A stretch of 64,000 bases of DNA from NCBI GenBank assembly GCA_002633005.1, contig NMRA01000078.1:739565-803564 (forward strand). The letters run 5' to 3'. Positions 52,601 to 63,238 of this stretch are shown here, piece by piece; positions within the stretch are counted from its first letter, which is position 1, and each line of letters starts with the position of its first letter. Under the pieces are notes generated by a model. That model was not told where the DNA came from. It did not search any database and saw nothing but the letters and a program-made list of their open reading frames with translations. Source of the DNA: Phoronis australis. Taxonomy: Eukaryota; Animalia; Phoronida. The position numbers were made by a program, and so were the translations under genes.

Positions 52601-55600
52601 GGCCCCCAGAGTCACTGATGGTGATGAGGTCAAAGGTCAACACGTGCTGGCTTGCTTCCAGTGGTATGGACTGGTATTTACGTTCGGCGATGAGTTCCTC
52701 CTGCCTCATTTCATGCCGAAGTTGTGTAATCGTGAGCTGAGCCGTACGACATCACTAGACTCTCTAATTAGGACGGGTCGTGAACTCTACATCCAGTTCA
52801 CAGAGCCGCCACATTTAACTGTGATCTACGAACTGTACTCGCGTTGTTCCAAGGAGTGTGCCAGCAGAGGGGGCAAAAGCGATGTTGTGGATAGGTACAG
52901 TGCAGTCTTCAGGCAAGAGGTACTGGAATATTTGATGCGATATACCCCTATGTCCAGCATGATAAAGGTGATAGTCAGGTGAGCAATTAGTTAAAACTTC
53001 ATATTAAATTATATTTAGCAGCTAACAAATTATTTATTTTGCAACTGAAGCTTATAACATCTTTTCGTTACCGTGACAGCTTTTGAATTCCGTTACCAAC
53101 AAAAACATCAAAAACATGTATTTACACAGACCGTTTTCGATTGCATAATGATTACAAATAAATTGGGATGTACAATCGTACTGCCTTAAATGACAAGTGA
53201 ACTGTAGGTGGCGCTGAACATTGTCCATCATGTACTCAGGCATTTGCCATTTCAGGTCTGGGGATGGCGTCCTGAATCCATTTCTCTTGCAACTGCAGGA
53301 TATTGTCAGAGATGTCCTGAAGCACTCATCATACAGCTGTGTTATTGGCCCAGCTTGTCCAGCCAGTGAATGTGTTGAACTGGGCAGCCTGCATGTCCTT
53401 GACCTTGCAGCTCAACCGCCAGTACATTGTGGGATTGAACAGCTGGACACTCATCCTGATGTCTGCAGCTGGTTACCTTCAGAGGTATGTCCGTGTGCAG
53501 CATGCTGTGTGGCCATTTGCAGTAATGCAGGGTCATTTTGCCCCCATAAATTGAGCCTGTTCATGACAATCCTCTCGTTGGTGTCAAGGCAAAAGTTACT
53601 TATTATTGTGTGTATTAAAGATGCATGATCTCATTACATTGTGAATTTGCAAATGAAGTACTAATTTATAAATGACTCTGGGTCCTCCAGTGTGCTGGAA
53701 ATCATCTGAGAGCCTGTTACCATTACAATCTTGCAAAAGTCTCGTTTTGTGCGACTATTTTTATGTAACTGAGCATGGTAATATTTCATTGTTACCCAAA
53801 TGAAACAAGGCATAGTTTTTGCTTATTTCACTATCAAAGACCGCTTGCGTAATATTTAGAATTACTAGTAAGGGTTCACACTTGTTTTTAATTGTATCTG
53901 ATGCGTTTTCTTTAAAGCTGCAAATTGTTTCAACCTTTTCCTGATTATACTTGTACACACAGTTCTCCTGGAAGTCACTAGGTGGCTCTTGCTACAAATT
54001 TAAATATTCATGGTTTAATGAGACATAGCATCTTGAATGTGTATGCAATAGTTCTGTGCCTACTACTACTTCTGGTGCTGCAGAAAACTGGCTACTTGTT
54101 CACATCAGTGGATAAAGATTGCTGATTGTGAATTCATAATTCAGACCACCAACTGTGCACAACACCTTACCAATCAGGATAATGGTTTTCCGGATCGATA
54201 CCAAGAGTGCCTGTCCGTGCCACCCTGCAACCCAACCCACAAATCCAGTATATGCACCTAGAAATGATAGCACACAGCCAATAGGGCCATCCAGGATTAC
54301 GTGGCAGTAGAACTCTCTTTTGTCCCAGAGATAAGAAAGTGCGTGATCTAGTTTTGGAAATCAGGCACATTTTCGTGTCTCATTGATGTCGAGAAGGGGA
54401 AGAATTTCAGGTCACGCATCCGTCATTTTTGTTTGTCCAGTTTATCAAACTTTCTCACTTTGGAGATGCAACCCACAACACAGCAGTAATACTTTGTTGG
54501 CATTGGAAGGACAAATAGAGTAATGCAACCGAGAAAAACTTGTAAAGAATCAGACAATAACAAATAACATGTGAAATCACACAGTAAAATCAAATTACCC
54601 ATCTGAGACAATGTCTGAGGGCCATGGTAACTGTCCAACTGGGTAGTTCATCTATCTTAGACTATGTCTAAGGGCCATGGTAACTATCCAACTGGGTAGT
54701 ACATCTATCTGAGACAATATCTGAGGGGCCATGCTTACTATCCAACTGAGTTGCACATTTGTCATAAGTTGTTTCATGTGAAAGCCTCTTGAAAAAGTCG
54801 TTTGCAGCAAGGTCAATTGGTTTGGCCTTCCAGTGATATTTTATTATAGTGACAAGATTGTGAAAATTGCTTTATCGAGACACTTTATCACCATGGTGAT
54901 TCTTTTACTGTTTATCTTTAATCAGGTGCGTAACCCTGTCGTTAGGGTGTTTGCCTCTGCACATGCCCGGAAACCTGTTTCGATGGAAACCCGACTGAAT
55001 AATATCCCAGAAGGCCTTGCTCAGGTCATCACCAATTTGTATAATATTCCCATGACGTTGGGTAGAGACTGGACTCATTTAGCTGGTAAGACAACTCATC
55101 AAAGTTAACTTTGTTATTCAGTTTGATTCCAATTTACAATGTTCTCTGCTAGATATATTTCTGACTGCCAGGTGTGAATGTATACTCATCCTCCAGGGCT
55201 CATATTACAGACCTCAACATTTTGTCTGGTTGAACCACCTCAGACGTCTTTTTATTTTAATTAAAGCTAAAGGTTTTGGCCTCCAAACGAGTACGCAGTA
55301 TATCTTTGTTTTAAGTCACTTTGAATTAGTGTTCCAAATTTTTGCATTGTTATAAAACTTTGAGCATACTATCGTGGAAGAATTAATAGACTGGCAGCCG
55401 CTTTCATTAATAGAAAGAGTAGTTAGCAACTGCCCCTAAGGAACCCCAAAGAATGCCAAAGGAACCCCCCCCCCCCCCCCCCCAAATGAGCCTTGTGGCT
55501 TGTGAAGGGTTTACCTACTAATGCTTTGAACTAGATTGAATTGTTTAATTGATTCACAACCCATGCCAAATGAGGTCGTATGGAGCTGGCAGGGCATTGT

Positions 55601-56904
55601 TTAACTTCCAACATCCATGGGACAGGCATAAGCACGTCGCATGGTTATCACCTTTGGGGCGCTACCATTGTTTTCTTTTTTGGATATTAATTATTTAACA
55701 ATACATGGATATCTTACCTTGGGCGTACATCAGCTGTTTACCGATAAATGCTTTTCATTATAATCTTTATTATACCAAGTGAACTACGGATGCACCAATC
55801 CATGGATCTCTATGCAACTAGCTTGCGACCTAGTTTCCCATTGGTAATTGCCTGAAGTTGATAGTTGTCATTTTGCCTATTGGGGATTATGGTAATATGT
55901 CTGACATCAGTTTTGAAGGAGAGTAGTAATTGCTAATCATGCCATCTGTTCATTGCCCACAATTTCTCAAAATTTTTCTTAGGTGGTGGCCGTGGTATTG
56001 TAGTTGAACATGGAAACTATTAATTTGGTAATACATGTCTTTCGTGGAAAAAATGAGGAGTAAAATAAAACATTTGTCGGTCACATTGTGTCCTAATTTG
56101 GTGAGATTTTACTGGCGTGTATTTCAAATTCACTTGGTGGCTCCAAGGGTTCTACCAGTAAACATGCAGGCAGTGCTTGATACTGGCAAAAATGTCCGCT
56201 CGAAAATACGAGAGATGGCATATTTGCCACTCGTATTTCCGGATTTGGGCTCATAAAAAGCGGCGTCAGAAAAAAACGCCGAACATCTGCTCAGCACCTG
56301 TATTAGTGATAGAAGTAGGATCAATTTACTGTTCTATTTTACTTCTTCTACTCATATTTTTTAGCGTATACTTACTTATGTATTGATGACATGGGTTCTG
56401 TATCATGTGAAGGGTACCATATCATGTGTAGGGTCCATGCTGACAGAATTTCTAATTGCTCCGCATCTACTCATTAGCACCACATGTTGCTGTTTGTGCA
56501 CTTGAGAAATGTACGTACTCAGTGAAGTACCCATAGGCAGACTTAGGAGTTGCACAAATGACCCTGCCAGCTTCTGGGCATCATTAATAACAAACGACAC
56601 CTAGTTGCTGTTTTTAAGGCTGACATGAAGGTTTTTCCTTTCTGGAATAATGGTCCTTCTTCTCCTCATGACATTGTAAGTTCCTGCATTCTCACTTGTT
56701 TCATTCTCTGCAGCAAAACTTGATCTGACCATCACCGCAATAGCCAGGCTGAAGATGGTTGATGACCCCTGCAGGGCCATCATTCTCAACTGGGCTACAA
56801 CTGGCGCTACCGTAAAGAATCTTTTGGATGTAAGCGAGTCCTTAGAACGTCTGGATGTGTGTGAGGATGTGATGGAGTGGATAAACTCTCAACAGCAACA
56901 ATGA
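46507..56904 (+). CDS. 7-exon gene, 1129 aa: PDZ-PDZ-degenerate Roc-COR-Death domain (Roco-like) protein
   Basis: Exons of 150+849+1276+535+229+160+191 = 3390 nt, all GT-AG, phases 0,0,1,2,0,1 match. Domain motifs run continuously across junctions (PDZ1 exons 1/2, PDZ2 exons 2/3, COR exons 3/4/5, Death domain exons 6/7). Confidence 0.85.
47276..48124 (+). CDS. Exon 2: rest of PDZ1, Ser-rich linker, most of PDZ2
   Basis: TTGCAG acceptor; GDLSKGCRIIEVNRHNI and SSPAYGVLKAGDWIRSVNGVPI PDZ signatures; donor ACG|GTAAAT. Confidence 0.85.
50290..51565 (+). CDS. Exon 3: end of PDZ2, degenerate Roc domain, start of COR
   Basis: TTTTCAG acceptor; ARKFQGIIENCQEPTITMHVQR completes PDZ2; KVIVIG, FSHLAQFVLTFNV, PVLLV; COR-like LSCLHSMGEIVY; donor AAG|GTAGG. 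Confidence 0.85.
52444..52978 (+). CDS. Exon 4: COR domain
   Basis: GTTGTAG acceptor (phase 1); CIFINTDVLF..WEKLEQCGL..FQWYGLV..FLLPHFMP; donor CAG|GTGAG. Confidence 0.85.
53256..53484 (+). CDS. Exon 5: C-terminal COR region with Cys/His cluster
   Basis: TTTCAG acceptor (phase 2); donor GAG|GTATGT. Confidence 0.8.
54598..54750. repeat. ~52-bp intronic tandem repeat x3
   Basis: ATCTGAGACAATGTCTGAGGGCCATGGTAACTGTCCAACTGGGTAG variants. Confidence 0.8.
54926..55085 (+). CDS. Exon 6: start of Death domain (..ITNLYNIPMTLGRDWTHLA)
   Basis: TTTAATCAG acceptor, CTG|GTAAG donor; G-x-D-W-x-x-L-A helix-2 motif. Confidence 0.85.
56714..56904 (+). CDS. Exon 7 (terminal): rest of Death domain, AKLDLTITAIARLKMVDDPCRAIILNWATTGATVKNLLDVSESLERLDVCEDVMEWINSQQQQ*
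   Basis: CTCTGCAG acceptor (phase 1); P..IL.W..GATV..L...LER.DV Death-domain pattern; TGA at 56902..56904. Absent from the supplied ORF track. Confidence 0.85.
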
Positions 56905-59244
56905 CTTGGCTGTGTCAGTATCAGTGTTAAGAGTGCTGCATAGCCTCAGTCTGCCATTTGGAACTCAATATTGTCACGCAGGGAAATCTTATTGTGAACA
57001 GGTGTCCTGGGTTTTGAGAACCAGTTTGATGACAGTTATTCAGTAGAGAAGACTGGTTCTCATATTGCAGGACCCAGTAGGTGACTATTTCGGCAAAAAC
57101 TGTAGGAATGTTTCCCCTCGTTCGCAGCATAGTATGTGTCATGTAGCCAACGTCTGCTTGCGCTTGACGAAATTCGGAATAATTCAAAACCACTGTACCT
57201 CAGAAATGAAGAAATGATTATGTTGGCAATATTTCAGTTAGTGGAGACATTGTATTGCTAACAATGGAAAAGATGTATTGCAGCTCTGCACTATATTGTA
57301 TTGTAGTGAACCTCTGCTTTTGCTTGAATGTGTTGTTTATTGAACAAAATGGTGGACGCTATGTTGATGCAGTGCAAACACAATGTCCTAACAAGAGACA
57401 GTAAAACTGTGAGGCACATCCTGTTCTGGACTTTCTACCTTAAAGAGTTCTAATTCAATTGTAGAAACAGTCTTTTAGAGGTTGGTTTGTACCTATCACT
57501 AACGGGCTCATTCTGAGCGCCACCTACAGCGTAATTCACAAATATTTTGTGAACCCTTTGACAAATTGATGGTGAACTATACTGTAGGAAGTGACGTCCA
57601 GATCATAGAGTCTGTCAAGATGAGAGTCATTATGTCATCGACTCTTGATGTATATTACACCTGCTGCTGAATCTGACAGGAAAACTTATATCTCATCTTT
57701 GGCTACGAGGGATTCTTTGTCTCATAACAGCAACAAACCTTTTCTGTTATTTGTCTGACAACAGCTCATTCCGTTTTGGCTCACCTAACAATCTATTGGC
57801 CAAAACCACTGCTATCCGTTGTGGGCGCAGTAATACATGAATGGCCCATAGGGACGAATACAGAATTTTTTGGTTAGGGGGGAGCAGGGCAGAGTATTAG
57901 CCAGATTTTGCCCATCAGACATTTGCACCCCCGAATTGCCCAGTGGAGGGGGAGGGGGCATGGCCCCCTTGGCCCTCCCCCCCCCCCCCTCAAATCTGCC
58001 ACTGGCCTAACACGTAGTGAGGTTGAGGGAATCTGAGGCTCATTTCATGAAATGTAACTGAACACTAAAATTTGGTTTTGTGCTCCGCACAACTGTTCCT
58101 GAAAAACAATTAAAAAATCTTGCTTGTGCTAAGTGTCTGAGAGTATCATTATTTTGACTTAACTCATGTAAAAACACTTCAGTTAAATTTTACAACATAA
58201 AAAAAAATATTATTATTGTTTGTGGAACGATACATCTGGAAAATCTTCCTCTTTTTGTCATAGGTCATTCTAATCTGTGGGCTTTATTCATTGATTGTGA
58301 TTCATTGATTGTGAATAGGGAGTTAAAAACCAAATTTCTGACTTAAGACTCAAATTACTTCTTATGAAGCGGATCTTTGGAGTGAGCTTTTCGACAGTGC
58401 TGTATATGATATCTGATATTTTTGTAAGCTAGACGTATTTATTTTTATGCAAACTATTTATTGTTTAAATGTCAGTGCTAATTTCCATTCACCTGTACAC
58501 TGTAAAACAAACCAGATTAATTTTCAACAATTTTCTATCTATTTTTATAGTCCAAAGCAATAAATAAATGGGTTAAATTTTTGCCGTCACAACCGTACGC
58601 TTCCAACAAGTCTTGAACTCCCTCTCTGACTCCTTAAATCCTTTATTTTGTACACTCCCGAAAAATTGTAATAATTGTGAACAGTCCCTTACTCGACCCA
58701 CGGTGGAGCTAGTCCATTTCTCGTTCAGTTGACGATTGTAACTTTTTTGAAACCATGTTGTTTACAGGACATCACGTGTACTCCCATCTTACTAAGTATC
58801 TTCTTTTTCGACCACGAATCCCATTGTTCTTCCTCGTCCCCCTCCGATATTATATCTAATATTGGCATGGTACTTATTGAGAGCTTTTATTTAAAGATGT
58901 TCATGACGTTGGTCAGTTTGATAGCAGTTAAAATTGTGTTATTCAAATATTCATGTTGGCGTTTTTTGCCTTCAAAATTGCCAAAGGTGGGTGGACTGTT
59001 GCGGTTTAAACATATCAGTTGTTGTTACAACGAAATAGGATTTGTTTTTGTTCAACCAAATAAAGGTAACTTAAGAAAGTGGCGAGATACTGAATTTTTC
59101 AGGTTTAGATGTGCAGTATAATCCTCATTTCTTAATATTATGCAACTGTCTGCTTATGTACTAGCTATGTGAATTATTCAATTATTTTGCATGATCTCTA
59201 ACACATTAGTGGTATTATTACTTTAATAAAAACAACAACCATTT

Positions 59245-59294
59245 TTAACCGTGACATGTTTCGTGGGAGTCATCCCACATCTTCAGACATTTAT
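59245..59294 (-). ncRNA. Minimal type I hammerhead ribozyme (Penelope-like-element type)
   Basis: Minus strand: AUAAAUGU-CUGAAGA-U-GUGGGA-UGAC-UCCCAC-GAAA-CAUG-UC-ACGGUUAA. Intact core, perfect 6-bp stem II, palindromic ACAUGU minimal stem III, GUC cleavage triplet. Confidence 0.8.
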
Positions 59295-59490
59295 TCTCAA
59301 ATAACCAGCTCAGAGCTATTTACAAAGAAAATTCAGTACGAGTTGGTACAAAAACATGAATGACAACAGAAGTGACAAGGATTTACATTTTACTTATGAA
59401 TGTTAAAGATTTAACTGGTGACTGAGCCATTCCTGCTTTTGTTGTGACTCTGTTCTGATTTTCGTGTTGTATACAGCCGGATGTTTGAGA

Positions 59491-59540
59491 TTAAACGTCT
59501 GAAGATTCGGGATGGTTCTGATGAAACATGTCACAATTAA
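59491..59540 (+). ncRNA. Minimal hammerhead ribozyme, diverged inverted partner
   Basis: UUAAACGU-CUGAAGA-U-UCGGGA-UGG-UUCUGA-U-GAAA-CAUG-UC-ACAAUUAA; stem II has G-U pairs and stem I is weaker. Confidence 0.65.
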
Positions 59541-60215
59541 ATAAGGTTGTGCCTTTATATCACTTGACACATTGTATAAAGTAGTCTCTTGTTCAGAACC
59601 ATTTGTGCAAATAATTGGCTTTTCGTGTCATTTTGTGGGACTGCAGGTTATTCAAGTGTTAGTGAGAATTACTTGACAACGTTACTTATAGCGAAATCAT
59701 TCTATTGTATAGCAACTGTGATATCTGGAAATGTTAACGTTGTGTTGAAGATATTGTATAAGTACATTTTGCTACTAAATCAAACATTTTATATTAATGG
59801 TTTTGGTCAGAGCTAGTGTTTTTAGACACAGCCACATACGTTGTTTGACTAGAGTTTTAGAAACTTTTTTTAAAAAATGCCAGTGCTGTTTGTAGAGTTT
59901 TTAGACATAGCTAGTCATTGTAGCTTGTCTCAAGTCTTAGGAAGTGTTAAATAATATCAGTGCTGAATCTTATTTCGTTTGTATGGATAGTAAGCCCGCA
60001 GCCATGGTTACGTATTAGTGACACCATGTATTGTAATTGACCTATCGCCAGGACTTTGAGTGACTGCTTAAGTAACCAATTAGAACGCAGCATTCNCATT
60101 TCTTAATATTATGCAACTGTCTGCTTATGTACTAGCTATGTGAATTATTCAATTATTTTGCATGATCTCTAACACATTAGTGGTATTATTACTTTAATAA
60201 AAACAACAACCATTT

Positions 60216-60265
60216 TTAACCGTGACATGTTTCGTGGGAGTCATCCCACATCTTCAGACATTTAT
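60216..60265 (-). ncRNA. Duplicate of the minus-strand hammerhead
   Basis: Same sequence as 59245..59294. Confidence 0.7.
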
Positions 60266-60460
60266 TCTCAAATAACCAGCTCAGAGCTATTTACAAAGAA
60301 AATTCAGCACCAGTTGGTACAAAAACATGAATGACACAGAAGTGACAAGGATTTACATTTTACTTATGAATGTTAAAGATTTAACTGGTGACTGAGCCAT
60401 TCCTGCTTTTGTTGTAACTCTGTTCTGATTTTCGTGTTGTATACAGCCGGATGTTTGAGA

Positions 60461-60510
60461 TTAAACGTCTGAAGATTCGGGATGGTTCTGATGAAACATT
60501 TCACAATTAA
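60461..60510 (+). ncRNA. Duplicate of the plus-strand hammerhead, stem III disrupted (GAAACATTTC)
   Basis: G>T change relative to GAAACATGTC at 59523..59532. Confidence 0.45.
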
Positions 60511-62503
60511 AAAAGGTTGTGCATTTATATCACTTGACAAATTGTATAAAGTAGTCTCTTGTTCAGAAACATGTGTGCAAATAATCGGCTTTTCGTGTCA
60601 TTTTGTGGAACTGCAGGTTATTCAAGTGTTAGTGAGAATTACTTGACAGCGTTACTTATAGCGAAATCATTCTATTGTATTGCAACTGTGATATCTGGAA
60701 ATGTTAACGTTGTGTTGAAGATATTGTATAAGTATATTTTGCTACTAAATCAAAGATTTTTATATTAATGGTTTTGGTCAGAGCTAGTGTTTTTAGACAC
60801 AGCCACATACGTTGTTTGACTAGAGTTTTAGAAACTTTTTTAAAAAATGCCAGCGCTGTTGGTAGAGTTTTTAGACAGCTAGTCATTGTAGCCTGTCTCA
60901 AGTCTTAGGAACTGTTAAATAATATCAGTGCTGAATCTTATTTCGTTTGTATGGATAGTAAGCCCACAGCCATGGTTACGTATTAGTGACACCATGTATT
61001 GTAATTGACCTGTCGCCAGGACTTTGAGTGACTGCTTAAGTAACCAATTAGAACGCAGCATTCTTGACACACCTTCGTTTCCAAGCCACCATTTTACCCG
61101 ACAAACAACACGTTGCCACTTATTGTTTGTTTGTCGACATTTCGCAAGTGGGTGAGCCTTGCGATAGGTCAATTGGGGATCCCTGTAAACTGGGTGGGCT
61201 CATTTATCAATGGGCGTTTGTGGATTAGCCCTTGGGCTTCTATACGAAATGTAGCAATGTAAGGGGCAGTATCTTATGAAGATCAAGAACATATTGTTAA
61301 CCATGCTTCCCCTGGGGGGGGCCAGATTAGTGCATGCGTGTCAGTGTACAGCTACCAACCGACAGAGTATAATTTTGAATAACTGTTGGCATTCAGTGCA
61401 TTGCTGGAAGACCTTGAACATGAAAAGGTCAATTTTGATGAGATTTATCGTAATTGAATAGCTTCCATTTATTCTCAGTCGTATCTTCTGGTACAGTATG
61501 GAATTTGGTTATCAATAGAATTTATGATGCAACCAACTACTGTGGTCATTTGCCGAGTAGGGCTGCAAGGTACATATTTATATTCGCTGTGTGTAAATGT
61601 TCAACACCACCTATAGTTTACGTGTAACTGGAGATTTTGAAACGATGGAACTTTCCAGCTGTCACGGTGCTGTAACATTACGATCGTATGGTGGGATGTT
61701 CAAATGATTCTCGTACAAGTACATATAAGAAAGAACTTAATATACGTCTTCATTTGCTCTGCCCATCTTTATTTCCATAATTTTAATTGGGTTGTCGCTT
61801 TTGTACTAAATTTGAATGTTTCGTGTTTCTGTGGTAATTTTTTACACGTGTGTAATGAATGCATCGGAATGGTGCGAAGTGCCTTCAGAGTATTTCACTG
61901 GGAATGCACACAAATCCAACCAACCACTCCCAAGTTTATGCCCAGCTGTGGGCCGTGTAGTCGTTTGGTCTAGTCGATTGAAATGCTGCGTTTACGAGAC
62001 ATTGTGATGTCCGAAAAATGTAATTTATTATTTTTTGTAATTTGACACCAGGTGCCTGACTGTGTGATCCAGGCACACTAGTTTACCAGGTGGCGAGACT
62101 GTCTCATCCACGATTTGGCTCTGAACTCACATAGAACTGCCACGACATTTAGCAATTCTGTTAGAAATAGTTTGGCAGTGACAATTGACAAGGGAAGCAA
62201 AAGAATTTGTAAAAAGGAGAAGTAACTTCTTGGTATTGCTGTTGATGTCTGATAATACAATGCGGCATACTTTGTTCATGCAAAAGTACCATGTGGAGAT
62301 AATCTGATAATCTAAGTAAAAATACAGGCTAGTGTTGGCTGTCAGAGTAAATGTTTATTTTACATAACTTAGAGAGGGAAGTCATGATCAAGCCATTTGG
62401 TGCCACTTTTGTGAATGGTGCATTTGTGGGAGGGTTTACACCTACTACAAACCTGCTTTCTGTCAGTTATAAGGTTTCATTTAGGTCACTAAAGGTCACT
62501 AAA

Positions 62504-62736
62504 GGTCATTGTGGCCTAGTGGGATAAGTGTCGGCTCCTTTACTCAAGGTGGTGGGTTTGAGTCCCACTGGGGCACACTGTTACACCCTTGACTCTGGTC
62601 TGCAGCTCCTCAGCTCAGTTTTAACTGTATGTTAATAAAGCATAAAAATGGTTACATCAGTGCAATGGGCCACCTGAGCGGCCTGCGAACGTCTGGTACA
62701 ACGTGTACCAGACCGCCTGCAATTATGTATTTTTTA
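62504..62736 (+). mobile_element. tRNA-derived SINE-like element
   Basis: A box TGGCCTAGTGG (62512), B box GGTTTGAGTCC (62555), 3' perfect hairpin GTCTGGTACA-ACG-TGTACCAGAC (62691..62713), T-rich tail. Confidence 0.55.
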
Positions 62737-62919
62737 AATGGTCTCAACTAAATGTTTCTTACTGTAATCGAATGAGAGGTGGTTTCTGGGCTTGGAAAAA
62801 TGGACAGTTTGTTACTGCTTGGGACCAGGCTACGTAAATATTTTGTTACCATTCATTCTTCAAACGTAACATTAAAAATAGTTAACAACAATGTTGAGGC
62901 AATGAGGTAAATAACTGGC

Positions 62920-63238
62920 TTGCCAGGGTGGGTCATGTTGGGCATTGTCGGGGTGGGTCATTTTGGGCGTTGTCGGGGTGGGTCATTTTGGACGTTGTCG
63001 GGGTGGGTCATTTTGGGCGTTGTCGGGGTGGGTCATTTTGGGGGTTGTCGGGGTGGCTCATNNNNNNNNNNNNNNNNNNNNNNNNNNNNNNNNNNNNNNN
63101 NNNNNNNNNNNNNNNNNNNNNNNNNNNNNNNNNNNNNNNNNNNNNNNNNNNNNNNNNNNNNNNNNNNNNNNNNNNNNNNNNNGTTGTCAGGGTGGGTCAT
63201 GTTGGGCGTTGTCAGGGTGGGTCATTTTAGGCGTTGGA
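62920..63238. repeat. 25-bp G-rich minisatellite (GTTGTCGGGGTGGGTCATTTTGGGC)n spanning an assembly gap (63062..63182)
   Basis: Directly visible on both sides of the N run. Confidence 0.95.

Larger units (their letters stand above)
59126..61063. repeat. Tandem near-identical ~970-bp duplication (59126..60095 / 60097..61063) separated by one N
   Basis: Offset 971, scattered differences, N at 60096. Confidence 0.9.

Noticed and set aside
58729-59121. 130-aa ORF next to the hammerheads as a possible Penelope RT/GIY-YIG remnant
   Set aside because: No RT or GIY-YIG motifs recognisable in the frames I examined; a translated homology search would be needed.
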